DNA of 64,000 bases, from positions 5,456,001 through 5,520,000 of the forward strand of contig CM068750.1 in assembly GCA_035084275.1 (NCBI GenBank), given 5' to 3'. Both the position numbers and the translations under genes were made by a program. The stretch is from Hydrolagus colliei (lineage: Eukaryota). The notes below the pieces were generated by a model, which was given only the letters and a program-made list of their open reading frames with translations, made no database searches and was not told the origin of the DNA. The number at the start of each line of letters is the position of its first letter. Position 1 is the first letter of the stretch. This document shows, piece by piece, positions 25,575-39,000 of this stretch.

Positions 25575-25795
25575 AACTCAAACCAGAAAATTCAGAAAAT
25601 GCTGGAAGTGCACAGCAGGTTTATTGGAATCTGAAAGGTAAAGTCAGGTTAATATTCACAGTTGATTCTTCATCAAGAGAAGGGACATGCCAGATATATT
25701 AAGTTCTCCTTCAACCTCTCCTTCAAATGCTGATTGGCATGCGGGCTCACTCTGTGTTTATATTAGCAGATTTATAGAATGTGCTATTTTTGCTT
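25575..25795. mobile_element. Highly decayed inverted pair of Penelope-like termini
   Basis: cagaaaatgctggaagtgcacagcagg...gttaatattcacagttgattcttcatcaag (minus copy), then ctctccttcaaatgctg...cagatttatagaatgtgctatttttgc (plus copy). Confidence 0.45.
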
Positions 25796-26182
25796 CAGCC
25801 AAATAGGTGTGTTGAGTTTGGGCTCAGTTTGGGGGTTAATGCACAAAGGCTGTAATTGACAAATATTTGTGAGTTATTGCACAAACAATCTTTCCACTGA
25901 AATGAAATGATATAATGACTGCAGGCTATTGCTACAGGTCAGCATGGAAATTGTGCCTCTTTGCCAAATGGGTCAGACCAAACAATGTGCATATCTGAGC
26001 CAGCATCTAACGACAAATATATGGATTCAAATTTGTTTTGAGTTAAAGCTTATGCTGCAGTGCCACTTGCAATTTGTACACTTTTAGAGAACATAGTCTT
26101 CCTTGTAGCATGGTCCTAGTTGGTGTATCATAAGCCATTAGAGCAGCTATTAGTACATGTTATGTATCACTTGCCTGTTGAG

Positions 26183-26298
26183 TTTTGCCCACAAATATAC
26201 AGTCAATTCATTTTACAGCATATTCTGTGAAGTGCTGTGAGACATTTAGAAGTCATGAAAAATGCTACATCAAATGCAAGGAATATCATTATTATCAT
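26183..26298 (+). mobile_element. 3' fragment of SINE (family 1)
   Basis: gcccacaaatatacagtcaattcattttacagcatattctgtgaagtgc...aaatgcaagg. Confidence 0.8.
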
Positions 26299-26903
26299 CG
26301 CATATTTCAAAAACATATAGTCAATGGAATTGTTGGCACTGAGGAATCTAGGCCTTCTCACTATCAAGGGCATATCCAGAGGAGTTTTTCTTCAGGCCCG
26401 ATTTCAATACAATTCATCTCGGAGGCTTAGAAACCACGAAGTAAAACACTAAGAATTGGACAATTGCTCTTACATGATGGCATCAGCAACCTCTTAGCTA
26501 CAGATGGAAACAAATCTAGAATCTCAGCTTTTTGATGCAGGTGGCACATTGAGAACAGACATCAGGACACAGCAGTGAGGAGGTATGCTATTACATTGGC
26601 TTCCATATCGTAATTTTATCATGCGCTGATTGCTAAAAATAGCGATCGTAACATTATGTTTTATTATATATTAGAATATTCAATTTTAACAAGTAATGAA
26701 AAGATTGTTAGTTTAGCGATTGGAGCATAAGAGTCTATTGTGTAGCCTGGTGTACCACAGCAAATAAAGTTGGACTCTGACATAAAGCAAAGTGAAATCC
26801 CGTGGAGAAATATCACTTTGCTTTTGGCTGACAGTGCCAGCGGAAATTGCTATTAACACTGTAAGGTCACAAGACCACAGGAGTCTGTCAACTCTGATAT
26901 TTT

Positions 26904-26943
26904 ATATATATATATATGTATGTATATATATATGTATATATAT
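26904..26943. repeat. (TA)n microsatellite, imperfect
   Basis: tatatatatatatatgtatgtatatatatatgtatatatat. Confidence 0.9.
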
Positions 26944-28689
26944 TGTTGGAATGCAAATCAAAATTTGTTTTAAAAATGTATCCTTGTTGGGAAATCCTAT
27001 TGGCGTTTGAATTGAACATAACACCGTTATACCAGACTCCATTCGCTGAGAAACAAAGTAAGAAATGTGTTCCCAGGAAAGTCTTAAGTACAGGATTAAT
27101 GGGATATGAAAAAATATTGTATGTAGGTTTTAACTGCTATATTTTTCCTGAGGTGTCTCATTTCAAGTGAAGCATATAACATTCAGAGATTAAGCAGTCT
27201 TTCCGCTGGCCTATCATGACCCACTTTTTCTTAAATCAGTGCTTAATGTTGCCATCGAGCCTGAATTCCATGCATATTTTATGCATCTTTGCAGCTTCAC
27301 CATTGAGTATATTACCTTCCTTTATTTTTCATCCCTTTTCCTGTATCCTGGGCCCATCTCATCTGAGCCCCCAGAGACCGATGGGCAGCCGACTGCAATG
27401 GAATGGCTGCTGCCAAGGATCTCCCATTGGACTTTACCCATCCGTCACCTGTTGAACAGCTCCCTACAGCGGTGCACGTGAGATTGGATGCTCAAGCAGT
27501 GTGCGGGAATTGAAACTGTGTTCCCGTGCTCCATGATACACAGTGCTGGTGTTCCTCACTCATGCACCTCAATACTAAGCTATCACACTATTCCAAAAGC
27601 TTCCAAATGAAACTGTAACAAGAATGTCCCATGTACCGTAATTCTCAGAATACTAAAATGCGTTTTCAAAAACATTCCATGTTCATTTTTTGTTTAAAGT
27701 ATTTAAGTACAGATGCCACACAGCATGAAGATTTTTAGTCGAGTTGAATTCACTAAAATGATTTGCACATCAGCCGTGCTGCAATTTTCAGATATTTGAT
27801 GAAATATTCACCAGAGAGGACAGGAACCCCTTTAGGGTAGAGAGCAATATAGATGTTGATCAAAAGAATATGAAAGGGAAGTGTTGTTTAAGTGACAGCG
27901 AATGCAAATCGTGAATAGTTTCCAAAGAGCGTTAAACATTCTTTTCTTTTAATCAAATGTTCCATGGTAGCATATCATTATCAGCCAGTGCAATCATGAG
28001 GGTTTCTAAAAAATATATATATAAAGTATCTTCTTTTAGTTCAGTTAATGTGTAGAGATGAATTGCTTACTCATGAGCCTATTGCTTCTCTCGTCAGTAG
28101 CAGCGACAGGGATTGTGGCCGACACAGTGCTAAACCATATGGCAGCACTGACACCTGATGGGCTAGTGATAAGCATTTGGTCATTAGGATTGACCATGAA
28201 ATGCCTTCCATATAATTGAGGTTACTCAAAAGAACAGACACCTTATCAGCATTAGCTCTGGGGGCACAGCTTGCTGATGCTCAGTGCACTGATTGTTCTG
28301 TGACTGAGCATATGATTAGTGTATTGAGGCAGTATGTTCGTAATGAAATAGCAGGAAAATGCATATCAATAGCAGGAGTGCAGCAAAATGACTAATGTTG
28401 TGTTCTTCAGTGCATTTCACTATTCAATTAGTATCTATAAACTGTGCTAAAGGCATCAATTTGTTTTAATTCTAATGATTGGGTGTGACCTAGCTAGAGA
28501 TTGCTAGACAAGCAGAACAATTTACTTTTTTCATAACTACCTAATTTTTGCTCCATTTTAGTATTGGGACTGGGATCAGGTGATCTACGCACAATCTGAT
28601 TTATTCAGCATCATCTTCAAAAGATTAGTGTCTTATATATATCTATACAGAATGTTTTTTTGTTCCCTTAGCCCCTGCTGAAGCTGGTG

Positions 28690-28935
28690 TCTCTCGCTGG
28701 AGTGTATTGTTTCACAAATGTGAGCATCCCCGATGGCAAGTTGTCATTCTACATGTGTTGCTCCCTATCTCAGTCATCACAGCCGAGCCCAGTCCTGTTC
28801 TTTAGCTATCAGGAGAGAGGGAGGGAGGGAACTTTTGAAGATTTTTTTTCACCTCTCCTTAGCCCGAGTTACCAAGTCCAATTGTAGCAGTTTACCTGCT
28901 TGGCCCAACTGAGCAACTAGGATCAACGAATGCAG
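28690..28935 (-). mobile_element. Ancient SINE relic (family 2)
   Basis: catcacagccgagcccagtcctgttc and ccaattgtagc blocks. Confidence 0.5.
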
Positions 28936-30221
28936 CACATCTCACGAATCCAATCTTATTCTTATTATTATTAGTGTCATTGATGTTTCAGGGAAACGCA
29001 ATCAGCTTCACTATAATTTCACTAGAATGTAGCACGTTAGGCCTGCCTAATTTTGGGACTGTTCGATATTTGCCATTCTGATAGGACCTTTACAAGCATT
29101 TGTAAACTGTAAAGAGTGCTCCTGTTGCTGATCACTGTTTCAGTGTATTGGGACATCCTCCCAAAGTGAAAGGTGCTATACAAATGTCATTTTGTTGTTG
29201 TTGATAACCGTTGGATGTAACCCTAGATTTCAGTGTTGAAGTTAACAAAAAAAATTCAAACTCATTGCACATATTTATACACGCTACTTGGTTTTACACA
29301 GCATTTTTCTGATCAAAGTTCCCCGAAAGCTATTTATCAGGAGCACTATTGAATATTTGAGGAGCAATTTTGCGTCTATGTGTGTCTTAAGGTTCAACTT
29401 GCTGAGGTATGACCTTGGAAAGTAACCATAGAAACACATGTATCAGAAAAAGGATTACCTAAGAACACTATTTTCCAGCGCTCCAGCGGCAATGTATAGA
29501 AAGTAAACTTTGCCCTTGATAGTAAATAACATTAAGAATGGCTGTGGCTTGTTTGCAAATGCAGTGTCTCCTGTGGGTGGGTAGAAGGGGCTATTGGAAG
29601 CAAAAAACAAAAAGTGCGTAACTTGTGTATCTATCAATGCATTTTCCATCTGAATTTGCATTTAACATTACTGCAGGAAAATACAATAAACGAGATGCAG
29701 GCTTGTCGACTTTGAAAGCCGAACGACACACTGATTTATATTTAAATAAGATAAATGTGAAGTGATAATGGAATAGATGGTCATATTGAACTCGCACTAA
29801 TGGAAGTGCCAGTGGTCTGGATGGTTAGAAAGGGTCAGCAACTAATAGCTCACATTCTTGACAGTCCGAATACTTCCCAAAGACATAAAGGAAGGAAGTT
29901 TATTCATCTTATGAATGCTTTGAATTACAGAGAGTCACTCAGACATGGGATTAATTCCCCACCCAGAGCAGGTGTGATTGATTGACCAGAAGCAAGAAAC
30001 AGAACAATAAAACCAGAAGTGACTGCTGGGTTTCCTGAGCCCTACACTTCACAACTCGATCTCTCCACTTGCTGTCTTGTAACATGGTGTATGATGTTAA
30101 TAGGGCTAAAAACAAGACATTCTGTTAGATGCACAAACTATTGGCTGTTAACCGTAAGGGTCATTGCTTTTGTAATCTGCATAGAAAGTACATCTTTAGC
30201 AGCAGAGTATTTTATCAGAAT

Positions 30222-30534
30222 GTGGAGTCTGTAGCTCAGTGCTTAGAGCAATCGCCTGGCAAGTGAGAGACCTGAATTTAAATCCTGGCAGGGCAAAACC
30301 TTGGACAATTTTCCTTACTCCACATATCTGATAATAATCCCTCAAGAGAAAAAATAATAGTAATTTGGTCCCTCAATCCATGACTGTTTGTGGGACACTG
30401 CTGCACTTCGCCCACAAAAATAGTCAATTCACTTTACAGTATATTCTGTGAAGCACTTTGAGCCATCTATGACATGAAAAGCTCTATATCAAATGCAAAG
30501 ATGATTATTATTGTTATTATTGTTATTATTATTG
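30222..30534 (+). mobile_element. Near full-length SINE (family 1)
   Basis: GTGGAGTCTGTAGCTCAGTGCTTAGAGC head and tail with (ATT/GTT)n. Confidence 0.88.
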
Positions 30535-31922
30535 TGCCAGGATCTGGTTTAAGCAAACCAGCAGCACTTTGAACTTTAATATCTTTACTTCTTAGTAAAT
30601 CATAGTGATGGTATGAAGTAAATGGGATTTGCTGAGTGCTTTGATTCTTAAAGTACTGAGCGGAAACTATTTAAAACTGCAAAAAGATACTTTTTTGAAC
30701 ACAGAAGTCTGAATTCAATTCATCTGATAACCATGTAGATTCTCTGCTATACAGTACATCAAAGGCAGAGTAGCTGGTGAAATTAGCCAGGGGCCTGCCC
30801 ACATCTTATTACCTGTTGGTATAGGCCTTTGAGCACATTGGCAGCAAGTTCCCATGGAGCCACACACTATTCTCTGGCATAATTTATATTCTAAACCATA
30901 GATTGTGTGGCCGGCATTTTTCGAGAGTGGAGGGTTCTACTCAACCTATCTAAATCCTTCAGATGCTATCCAGGGCACTTCTAACCCTTCTAATTCTTTC
31001 TACCAATTTTGTACTTCTATTTAAATTATTATTCTCTCTTGTTTCCCGTCTTGATGTCTTTGCTGTGCCCTTTTGACCCTCTTTTTCAAATGGTTTTGAT
31101 AGTGTCTTATCATCTACTTATTGTTGTTTCCATAGGGGAGTCGGTGCATGCATTAATGCCGGTTTGGATTAAACACCTTTAGAGGAGCCCTGATCTTGTG
31201 AGGTATTGAGTAATTTATGGCCAACCCGTTATTTCGGTTTCTTCTAAATAATTCCCTTTATTTTTTTTGATTGGGTAATTTGAAAGGAAAGTTCAGTGCC
31301 TGCCCAATACAATTAGCTGCAATTGAAATTGGGTTTAATCATGCAGATGCATTGTAGAGCAATATTTCTGATAGGTTACGTTAAAATGAGAAACCTAGTC
31401 TGCTTTTACCAAGGGAGGAAGGCCAGATTAATTTACTTCTGCTTGACTTGCCATGTGCTCTGAACTGTAGAAACTTGCATCCCATTACTATTTGTTAAAA
31501 CTGATAATAGTTGCTGCATGATAATTGCACTGTGTACATGTAAGAGCAGATGAAAAGTCCCCGAGGTAGGGTTTGCTATGACAGGAATGAAAATATCATC
31601 AAAGAAATTTACAAATATTTATTAAGAAGGCGCAAAGTGTTTTGTTTGTGTTTTGAACACAAACTGTATTTGATTATGCATATACAGTAGCTAGATCGGT
31701 GGTAATGCCGTGGTAACTTTAGACTAAAGTGTTCATTTGCTTATATTTAGGCTTACTGTTGCCTCTTTGCCCTCCATCATTGCCTGATTAATAATAATAA
31801 TCCTTGCATTGATATAGCGCCTTTCACGTTGGGTGGACATCTCAAAGTACCACATAAGATATAGAGTAAAATTGGGCAACTGTATTATTCAAAATGATTC
31901 TTGTACATTACACAGGGTACGT

Positions 31923-32140
31923 AATAACAGCAACAACTTCATCCACATAGCCCCTTCTGCAGAGTAGCATCTTAGAGCGCCTGATGGTGGCAGAACATGA
32001 AGGTGAGCAGAGGAGAGGGAGGAAGTGATCATAGACCCGGTCAAAGAGGAAGGTCTTCAGGCACAATCTGAATATGGGGAGGGAAGAGGGAAAGAGGAAG
32101 AGAGTTCCAGTGTTTGCAAGTGGTTGAAAGAGCTGCCACT
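31923..32140 (-). mobile_element. Older decayed L2 3' fragment
   Basis: Purine-rich stretch with gtcaaagaggaaggtcttcagg and gagagttccag...tggttgaaagagctgcc. Further short L2 tails occur near 8512-8570, 29140-29203, 33320-33380, 52212-52278 and 58921-58977. Confidence 0.55.
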
Positions 32141-33410
32141 TAAGCAGACATCCTCCAGCACGAAAGGGACTATACCAAATGTTAGGGGAAAAAAAATTCT
32201 AAGTACATTTTAAAGAGAGATATTCTAAAATAATTAACTTTTACTAAGCTTGTCCTAAGTGCAATTTTATTGCTTACTAACCAATTCTCATTGTGTCGGC
32301 AGTGTACAATAGAACTTTTTACGTCAACAGTTTATCTTTGATCTCTGACCTTGTGACTCTTGTCTAATCGCTTATGTCCTGGGCAACTCTGGCACAACAA
32401 ATCTTCCACATTACAACACCACATCAAAGAATGTCAAATTGAGTCCTGACGTGCCATACCTTTTTACCTTTTCATCAAATGTAGCTTGAACTTCTGTGTA
32501 GGTTGTGTTTTGAGTTCTATTAGTTGCATTAAAACAAATGTCTTCTGACAAGCAGAACCCAGCACATCTGTTTTCCTTTGGTACTACAGGGATCTTTACT
32601 AGTATGTTTTATATCTATATCTATATTTTATTCATGCTGTGATGAAAGGGTAGCCTGTAGTATTTGATCAACGATTTTGCAATGAGAAAGATTTTGATCA
32701 TTCTTCAGCATTTACTTGTCTTTATTTGAAGTATAGTTCGGCAGCTTTTCCCCAAATGCATACCAATTCTAGCATCGGTCATGTGTGCTACTTTTGTAGC
32801 TAGAGTTGCAATATTAATTGAATATTAAACAAGGGTTTCACACAGTGGGGTCTAATACACACTATTTCTAATAGGAGTTTTAAAATAAGGATATTAGACA
32901 GTTGTGGACTGATTCCTCCAAAGGGCTTGGGGTTTTCATGGAAAAGGTGGGAGGGGTGGGGGTGGGGGGAAACGGGGACATATAATCGCAGCTTTAGACT
33001 GATTGCATTTACTTTACAATGTGTGTCGCAATGATTGACTATACAAATGATCAAAGGATCATTTTGTGTTTTATATGTCTCAGCTCCACATTTTTTTCAC
33101 GTAAGAAAAAATGAAAATGTTGAGATGGATCCTGTATTGGTTAAGCTCTTTTCAGTTAACCATATAAGATAATACTCATGAGATTGCATAGATTAAGTGG
33201 GTGCACTGCACTCCACAAACTACTGTGAGAAGCTCAAAGAAGGAAAGTTGTTATTCATAGAGGAAGTAATTTTTTGTTTTAAAAACTTTTTATGAGTGAC
33301 TTTGCTACTTATAGTAAATAACAACAACAACAAAATTACACTTGTATAGAGCCTTTCATGTCAGGAGGGGGTCCCAAAGTAAAGTATTTCATCCTAAAAT
33401 AATAATACTG

Positions 33411-33710
33411 TAGTAATAATCATTGAATTTGATATAGCGCTTTTCACATCTTCTAGACGTCTCAAGCTCTTCACAGAATATACTGTAAAGTGAATTGATT
33501 GTATATTTGTCAGTGAAGAGCAGCAGCCAGTTGCGCACAGCAGTATTCCACAAACAGTCATGGATTGAAAGGATCAATTTTTTTTGAGGGATTATGATCA
33601 GTCGTGTGGTGCAAGGAATTCCACTTGCTCAAGGTTTCGCCCTGACCTGCCGGGAATCAAACCCAGGTCTCTAGTTTGTAAGGCAAGAGTGCTCTAAGCA
33701 CTGAGTTCTA
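33411..33710 (-). mobile_element. Near full-length SINE (family 1)
   Basis: Reverse-complement match to the family, including the B box (gggaatcaaaccc on +) and tail. Confidence 0.87.
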
Positions 33711-35925
33711 GAAATGACTTATCTTTGCTACAAACAGCAACTGAACACACACTGTTGAAAGCAGAAATAAAGGCACTTAATTGGTGCAGGAAGCCAATTA
33801 AGTCAGTAAATCTACAAGATTTCTCTGCCTCTGAGGTAGTTTTCTCTGCGAACTAAATATGGAGTTAACTGCTGCCAATAGGCAAGGCAGTAAGTTTTGA
33901 GAACTATTATTTCCACTTCCAAGGCATACACTGGTACATCCATCATTGCAGACCAGTGCATTACTAGGAAAAGCTGGGATCAGGCCACTTCTTTTACCCC
34001 TAAATATTCCTTGCCATAGGGAAGGCGACCAAGATAGTGGAGGGTGGAAAGAATTTCACTCTCTGAAAATATTTGAAAGAGGTGCCTGAGCCAGGCTGTA
34101 ACAAATTAATTTTAAAAAAATGCTCCTTATTGTTCTAGCTCCACAACTCAATGCACTTTGAAGCCTGAATCTCAAATGGCTCAATGTCACTTGTTGGTAC
34201 TGTGTATGTTTTGATAATATACACACATCCCGTCACATTATAACATGAAAACTATCCAAATAGTCCCAATTCCTCCAGGTTCGACTGTTTGGCTCATAGA
34301 TTGGCATCTGTTTTTTCCCCCTGCTCCAACTGTGTTGTCGCAAACTGGAGTTCTGTTAAGCTGCTGAAAAGCACTGTGCGGTGGGTCTGTTTTGAACAGA
34401 AGGGTTGGGGAGGACGTTGCTGCTGGGTATATTGTTAGGACATCCGTTTATTTGTTGTCTTTATTGATAGGTAATTAAGGAAACAATAAGTGGAACTTGA
34501 GATACAATAACATTCACAGTGGTGGCTATTCCCAGCGTTTCCTTTGAAATACAAGTGCAAGGAGTATGCACTAGCGTTGAATAAATCTACTTTGAATTTG
34601 GGTTTGACAGAGAAATTCTTTGAGGGGGGGATAGAAAACATTTACATTTGGGTTAATGGAAATAACTAGCGATGTGAATGTCCTGACCAGAAGGCTGATT
34701 AAATGCTAAATCTATGAATTTTCAGTTGATTAACAGACGGTCAAGCTCAGTGATTGCAAGAAACACTGCTTCCAAAAGGTTGAAAATTGGCTTCCTTCAA
34801 ATCAAAACGTTATTTTGAAATTTGCATTTCAATCTATATCATTATGCCTGCCGCCTTTTGATGATTTAGTCTTTAGATAGAAACGATCCAGAGACCTGTG
34901 GTTAAAATACATATTTTATTTAAATTACGCAGACAAATTTTTAATCTACTTTACCAATAGCAGGATGCATCATATTGCATTGCAAGAAGAATGGGCGTTT
35001 GTGTAATATTTTATTCCTTCTCCTTTTGACAGATGCAATGCTAATGAGAAAACAGCAATCAATATATTATTGTACCCATGTGGTCCATTCTTCCTTTGGT
35101 CGTTGGAACCACAAGCAGTGGTGCTAAAAAAAATCATCTCATCTATCTCCTTCTCTTTACTGCTTCAGTCCTCAATGCGCATTGTGCAGCAACAGTAAAT
35201 TGTGAAGTTGTTCATTGCCTGGAGGAGCAGGTTAGGGACCCTCCCTTGACACTTGATCTTTGAGTGTCTCTGGATGTGCTATATACAGTATAAGGATCTA
35301 CTGCCATGTGGTGTGCTGTGAAGGAAGAACTCTCAAGAGCATCTTAAAAGACAGCTCCTATTAAGCATAAAACGGGTTAAGTGAAACGCAGTCGCATTAT
35401 CTGCGAATGAAAAGAAAAGAAAGTTGCACGGTGCAGATGTCATTGTAATAAGGGCGGAGAGCATACGCTATAATGTAAAGAGCTTAGCACAAACGCTAGG
35501 GTTCTTGTTTGTGGACTTAAAAGGATAAGCCTCTTTCTCCTTCGAGAATTGCCAATGAATCTGGCCTGTGGCCAGTGTTTGATAGATTTTTGGCGGAAAG
35601 TAAGAAAAGGCAAAAAAAAAATCAAGGGAAAACAGGGCAGGCTGCATTAGTACGAATAACAAGTGTTGAGAGTTTTCGTGTTGAGGAAGTCAAGTTTGTT
35701 CATTCAAAAACCGCACTGTTTTTATTTGACTGTTTTTCTAACCCTTATTCTCTCCTCAGCGGAAGGCATTGACTCATGTGAGTGCCTCTATCAAGACGCA
35801 AGTTGCTCTCGTAGGCGGTCTAACTGTCAAGTCTAACATGCCCTCACCTGATAGCCACACACCCACAGTTACTAGCAGTAGTCTCTGGATTACAATAAGT
35901 GGTGGGGCTGACGTTCTCTTTACTT

Positions 35926-36050
35926 CAACAACAACAACAACAAATTTACACTTGTATAGCGTCTTTCACGTCAGGAGGTGCTAGACAGTCAATGTTTCAG
36001 ACCTGAGCTGGGGCCGGGGACAGGGAGGGTGGAAGCAAGGTGGGGGGGGG
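35926..36050 (-). mobile_element. L2-clade LINE 3' end
   Basis: (CAA)n atttacacttgtatagcgtctttcacgtcaggagg...cagacctgagctggggccggggacaggg matches the reverse complement of 25135-25240. Confidence 0.8.
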
Positions 36051-39000
36051 GGATTTCCTTCACTCAGAATAATGGGGCCAATAATAATAATATAAGAAAT
36101 ATATAATTATATAAGGAATATAATAATCTTTATATTTAGTATTTAGGAGGACGTCCCAAAGTGCTTCACAGAATATACTATAAAGTGGAGTGACTGTAGG
36201 TTTTGTGGATCATAAGAGCTACTTTCACCTCTGCTGAGATCAAACTGGGTGGGCATTGTATCAACTGGCCTATCAAACCTCCTTTGATTTTAATTTTTGA
36301 CATCTTCAATAGCTTTAGTGTTTTGTAGATGTCAGTAATTGCTTGAAAAGAATAACATAATAATAATCCTTGCATTTGATCTAGTGCTTTTCATGTCTTC
36401 CAGACATCTCAAAGCTCTTCAAAACAAGTGCTTCATAACAAAAGTTTACAACATCTTTTTCCTCTGAGATTTGTACTTCTGAGTTATATTCTCTTCTGCA
36501 AGTTGTATTAATCAGGACACCAACTTTGAAAGGAAGGGTTTGACAGCCAATTCAGATTAGCGTATAAACCATTGCAATTCTTTTTCAATTAACTGTGAAT
36601 GATGATCTCCAGTTCCAAGGAATAAAAGGAAAGGAATTACATATGGAATTTCTCCTCAAACTGACAATGGTGATCAGTAGCTTTAGAAAACTGCAATTGT
36701 CTTGTCTTCACAAAGGAACTGGCCAGGACGATAAATCCTGATATAATAACAATCAGTCATTTCTGCACTATCTTCCCAGTAAAACTGACACTTGTCAGAA
36801 TATAAGAAGAAAGTATTTGTTTATTATTGGTTATTATAACTAATACTATGTTACCATATTGCCAGTAAACATGGGTTTGAAAGGGTACAATTTGCAAAGA
36901 AATACATATTCTCTTTTAAGATCTGTATTAATCTAAAATAGCAGGCAGCTGTTGGAATTTTAACATTTCGATATAGATTGCTGAGAAGATATTCCTTTAG
37001 TAAGTGAGGGGGATTTGGTTATTACTAGACCTCTGGTATGCTGGTTATGTTGACTTCACACTGGCTATCCTGTGGTCCTTTGATATAATTATTATTATTA
37101 CTAAGAGCAACACTGTACTGCTCGATTACGGGACCAAATGAGTTGCTTCTAAGAAATTATTTGTTTATGTATTAAGTGTGTCCAAGGTTCAGCAGAAGCT
37201 GGAGTACTCAGTGTATACTTATTGAATCCACCTGTATAAATGTACTGACTCGAGAATTCAATCTGTTGATGACACATCCAGCTGTATTAGAGAGGTTGCC
37301 TCCACTTGAGATGCAGCTTAGGATGCCTGAGTGTCAGAAACAAAGTGAGAGCACAATTGATCCAAGGGACACTTCAAGTAAGCAACATCAACGTGACATC
37401 TATTGTCTCTTTAGCTGCTGGTGTTGCCCTAACCGTCCTGCAGTGTAAACATGGTGAATTATATATACAGTACCTCAGTCACAGGTTGGGGAATATTGCA
37501 GCACTGGTTCTGTTTGAACCCCCACCACCCCCTTTCTTGAAATAGAAATATTGACAGGAATATATTTATTATTTAATTTCAAAAGGAATTTTATTTTAGT
37601 GCTCGACTCCCCTCAATTTCGCACAAATCGGTGCAGTGAAAAATGATTCTTTAAAAAAAAACTCACCAGCTGGTGTAATGTAATCCACAACCTCTATTAA
37701 TATGCAATGTGAAGATGTTAAAATATTAAGTAGATTAGTAATTCATTTTATGAATATTCGACCAAAGTGTCATCCGTTCTTTGGCTGAAATAATAAACTG
37801 AGCTGGTTAGGTGGATCCAAAAGATTCCATGTCACATTTAGAAAAGAGAATAGAGTTTCTCCTGGTATCCTAGTCCACCATCCCCTAGATAAAATTGGTC
37901 ATTCACTTCAAGGCTGCTTGTGGGACATTGCTGTGCACAAATTGACTGCCGCATTATATATCTAACCATTCTTTGATGCTCCCACCTTTTCCAAGGGACT
38001 ATGTTAATTTTCCCACTGTTTCCAAGATGAAAATCAAATTGAAATATACATTTTTTCAGGTTGAAATGTGCATGTAACAATTTTTTTTGAAAAAAAGCAA
38101 ATCGGAACATTTGCCAAGGACGCTCTACATTAATCTCGTGAAGCACTTTTGAAATGTTTTGACAGTGTGATAAGTTGCTACATCAAATGCAAGGATTATC
38201 CATTTAATAAGTGCTCCTTTCACAAAGTGTCACTTGATTGCATTGGATCAGCTCTGATATGGGTACTGCTGTTGCTTGATTTTGTGTGTAGGCCACTTTC
38301 CCTGAAACTGCAAGAATTTGTTTCAGTTCTTCATCACAAAGCCTGAACTGCAATTAACAAAGAACTTAATTTTAATGCTAAAATATGTGAGGGTGTTTGG
38401 TCCATAATTGTGTGTGTGTGTGTGCGTGCTGCTGCCACTGGGTACTCAGTGAGTGCTTTGCCCACCTTTTTATGGTTGTGCACTGAATTTTAATGAATGC
38501 ATTGGACCGAGATTCAACCAGCTTCTGAAACGAAATATATTGGAATGATTATGCACTCCAAATTGGTATAAAACTGACTACTCTCAGGGGTAGTTTCATG
38601 CTGCTACTGATTTGGACTAACGCCAGTATAACCTGATGACAAGTTGTCCCGATTGTACCCCTGAACTCACATCCACTCTTTGTGCCACTCCCACCATCCA
38701 GAATTAGGCTGCCCCAGTTTCTTTCGAACAAAGAAATGAAACGAGGAAAAACCATCGGGTATCACTGCCATATTGAGAATACTTATTGTATCCAGGAGAG
38801 TTCAACTTTGTCTGTGACAATGAATCTGATACACTGAGACCAGACTTACAGTGTCGAGTCTGTTACCCATGGTATAAGAACCGCAGTTACCAAATAAAAT
38901 ACAGCAGTTGACTAAAGCTACATGATGCCTGCTGTTCTTCAATTGATCTCCGTGGCTGTTTGAGAAACAATGAGAAATTTGTCTTGGGTGCTGCTGCTTT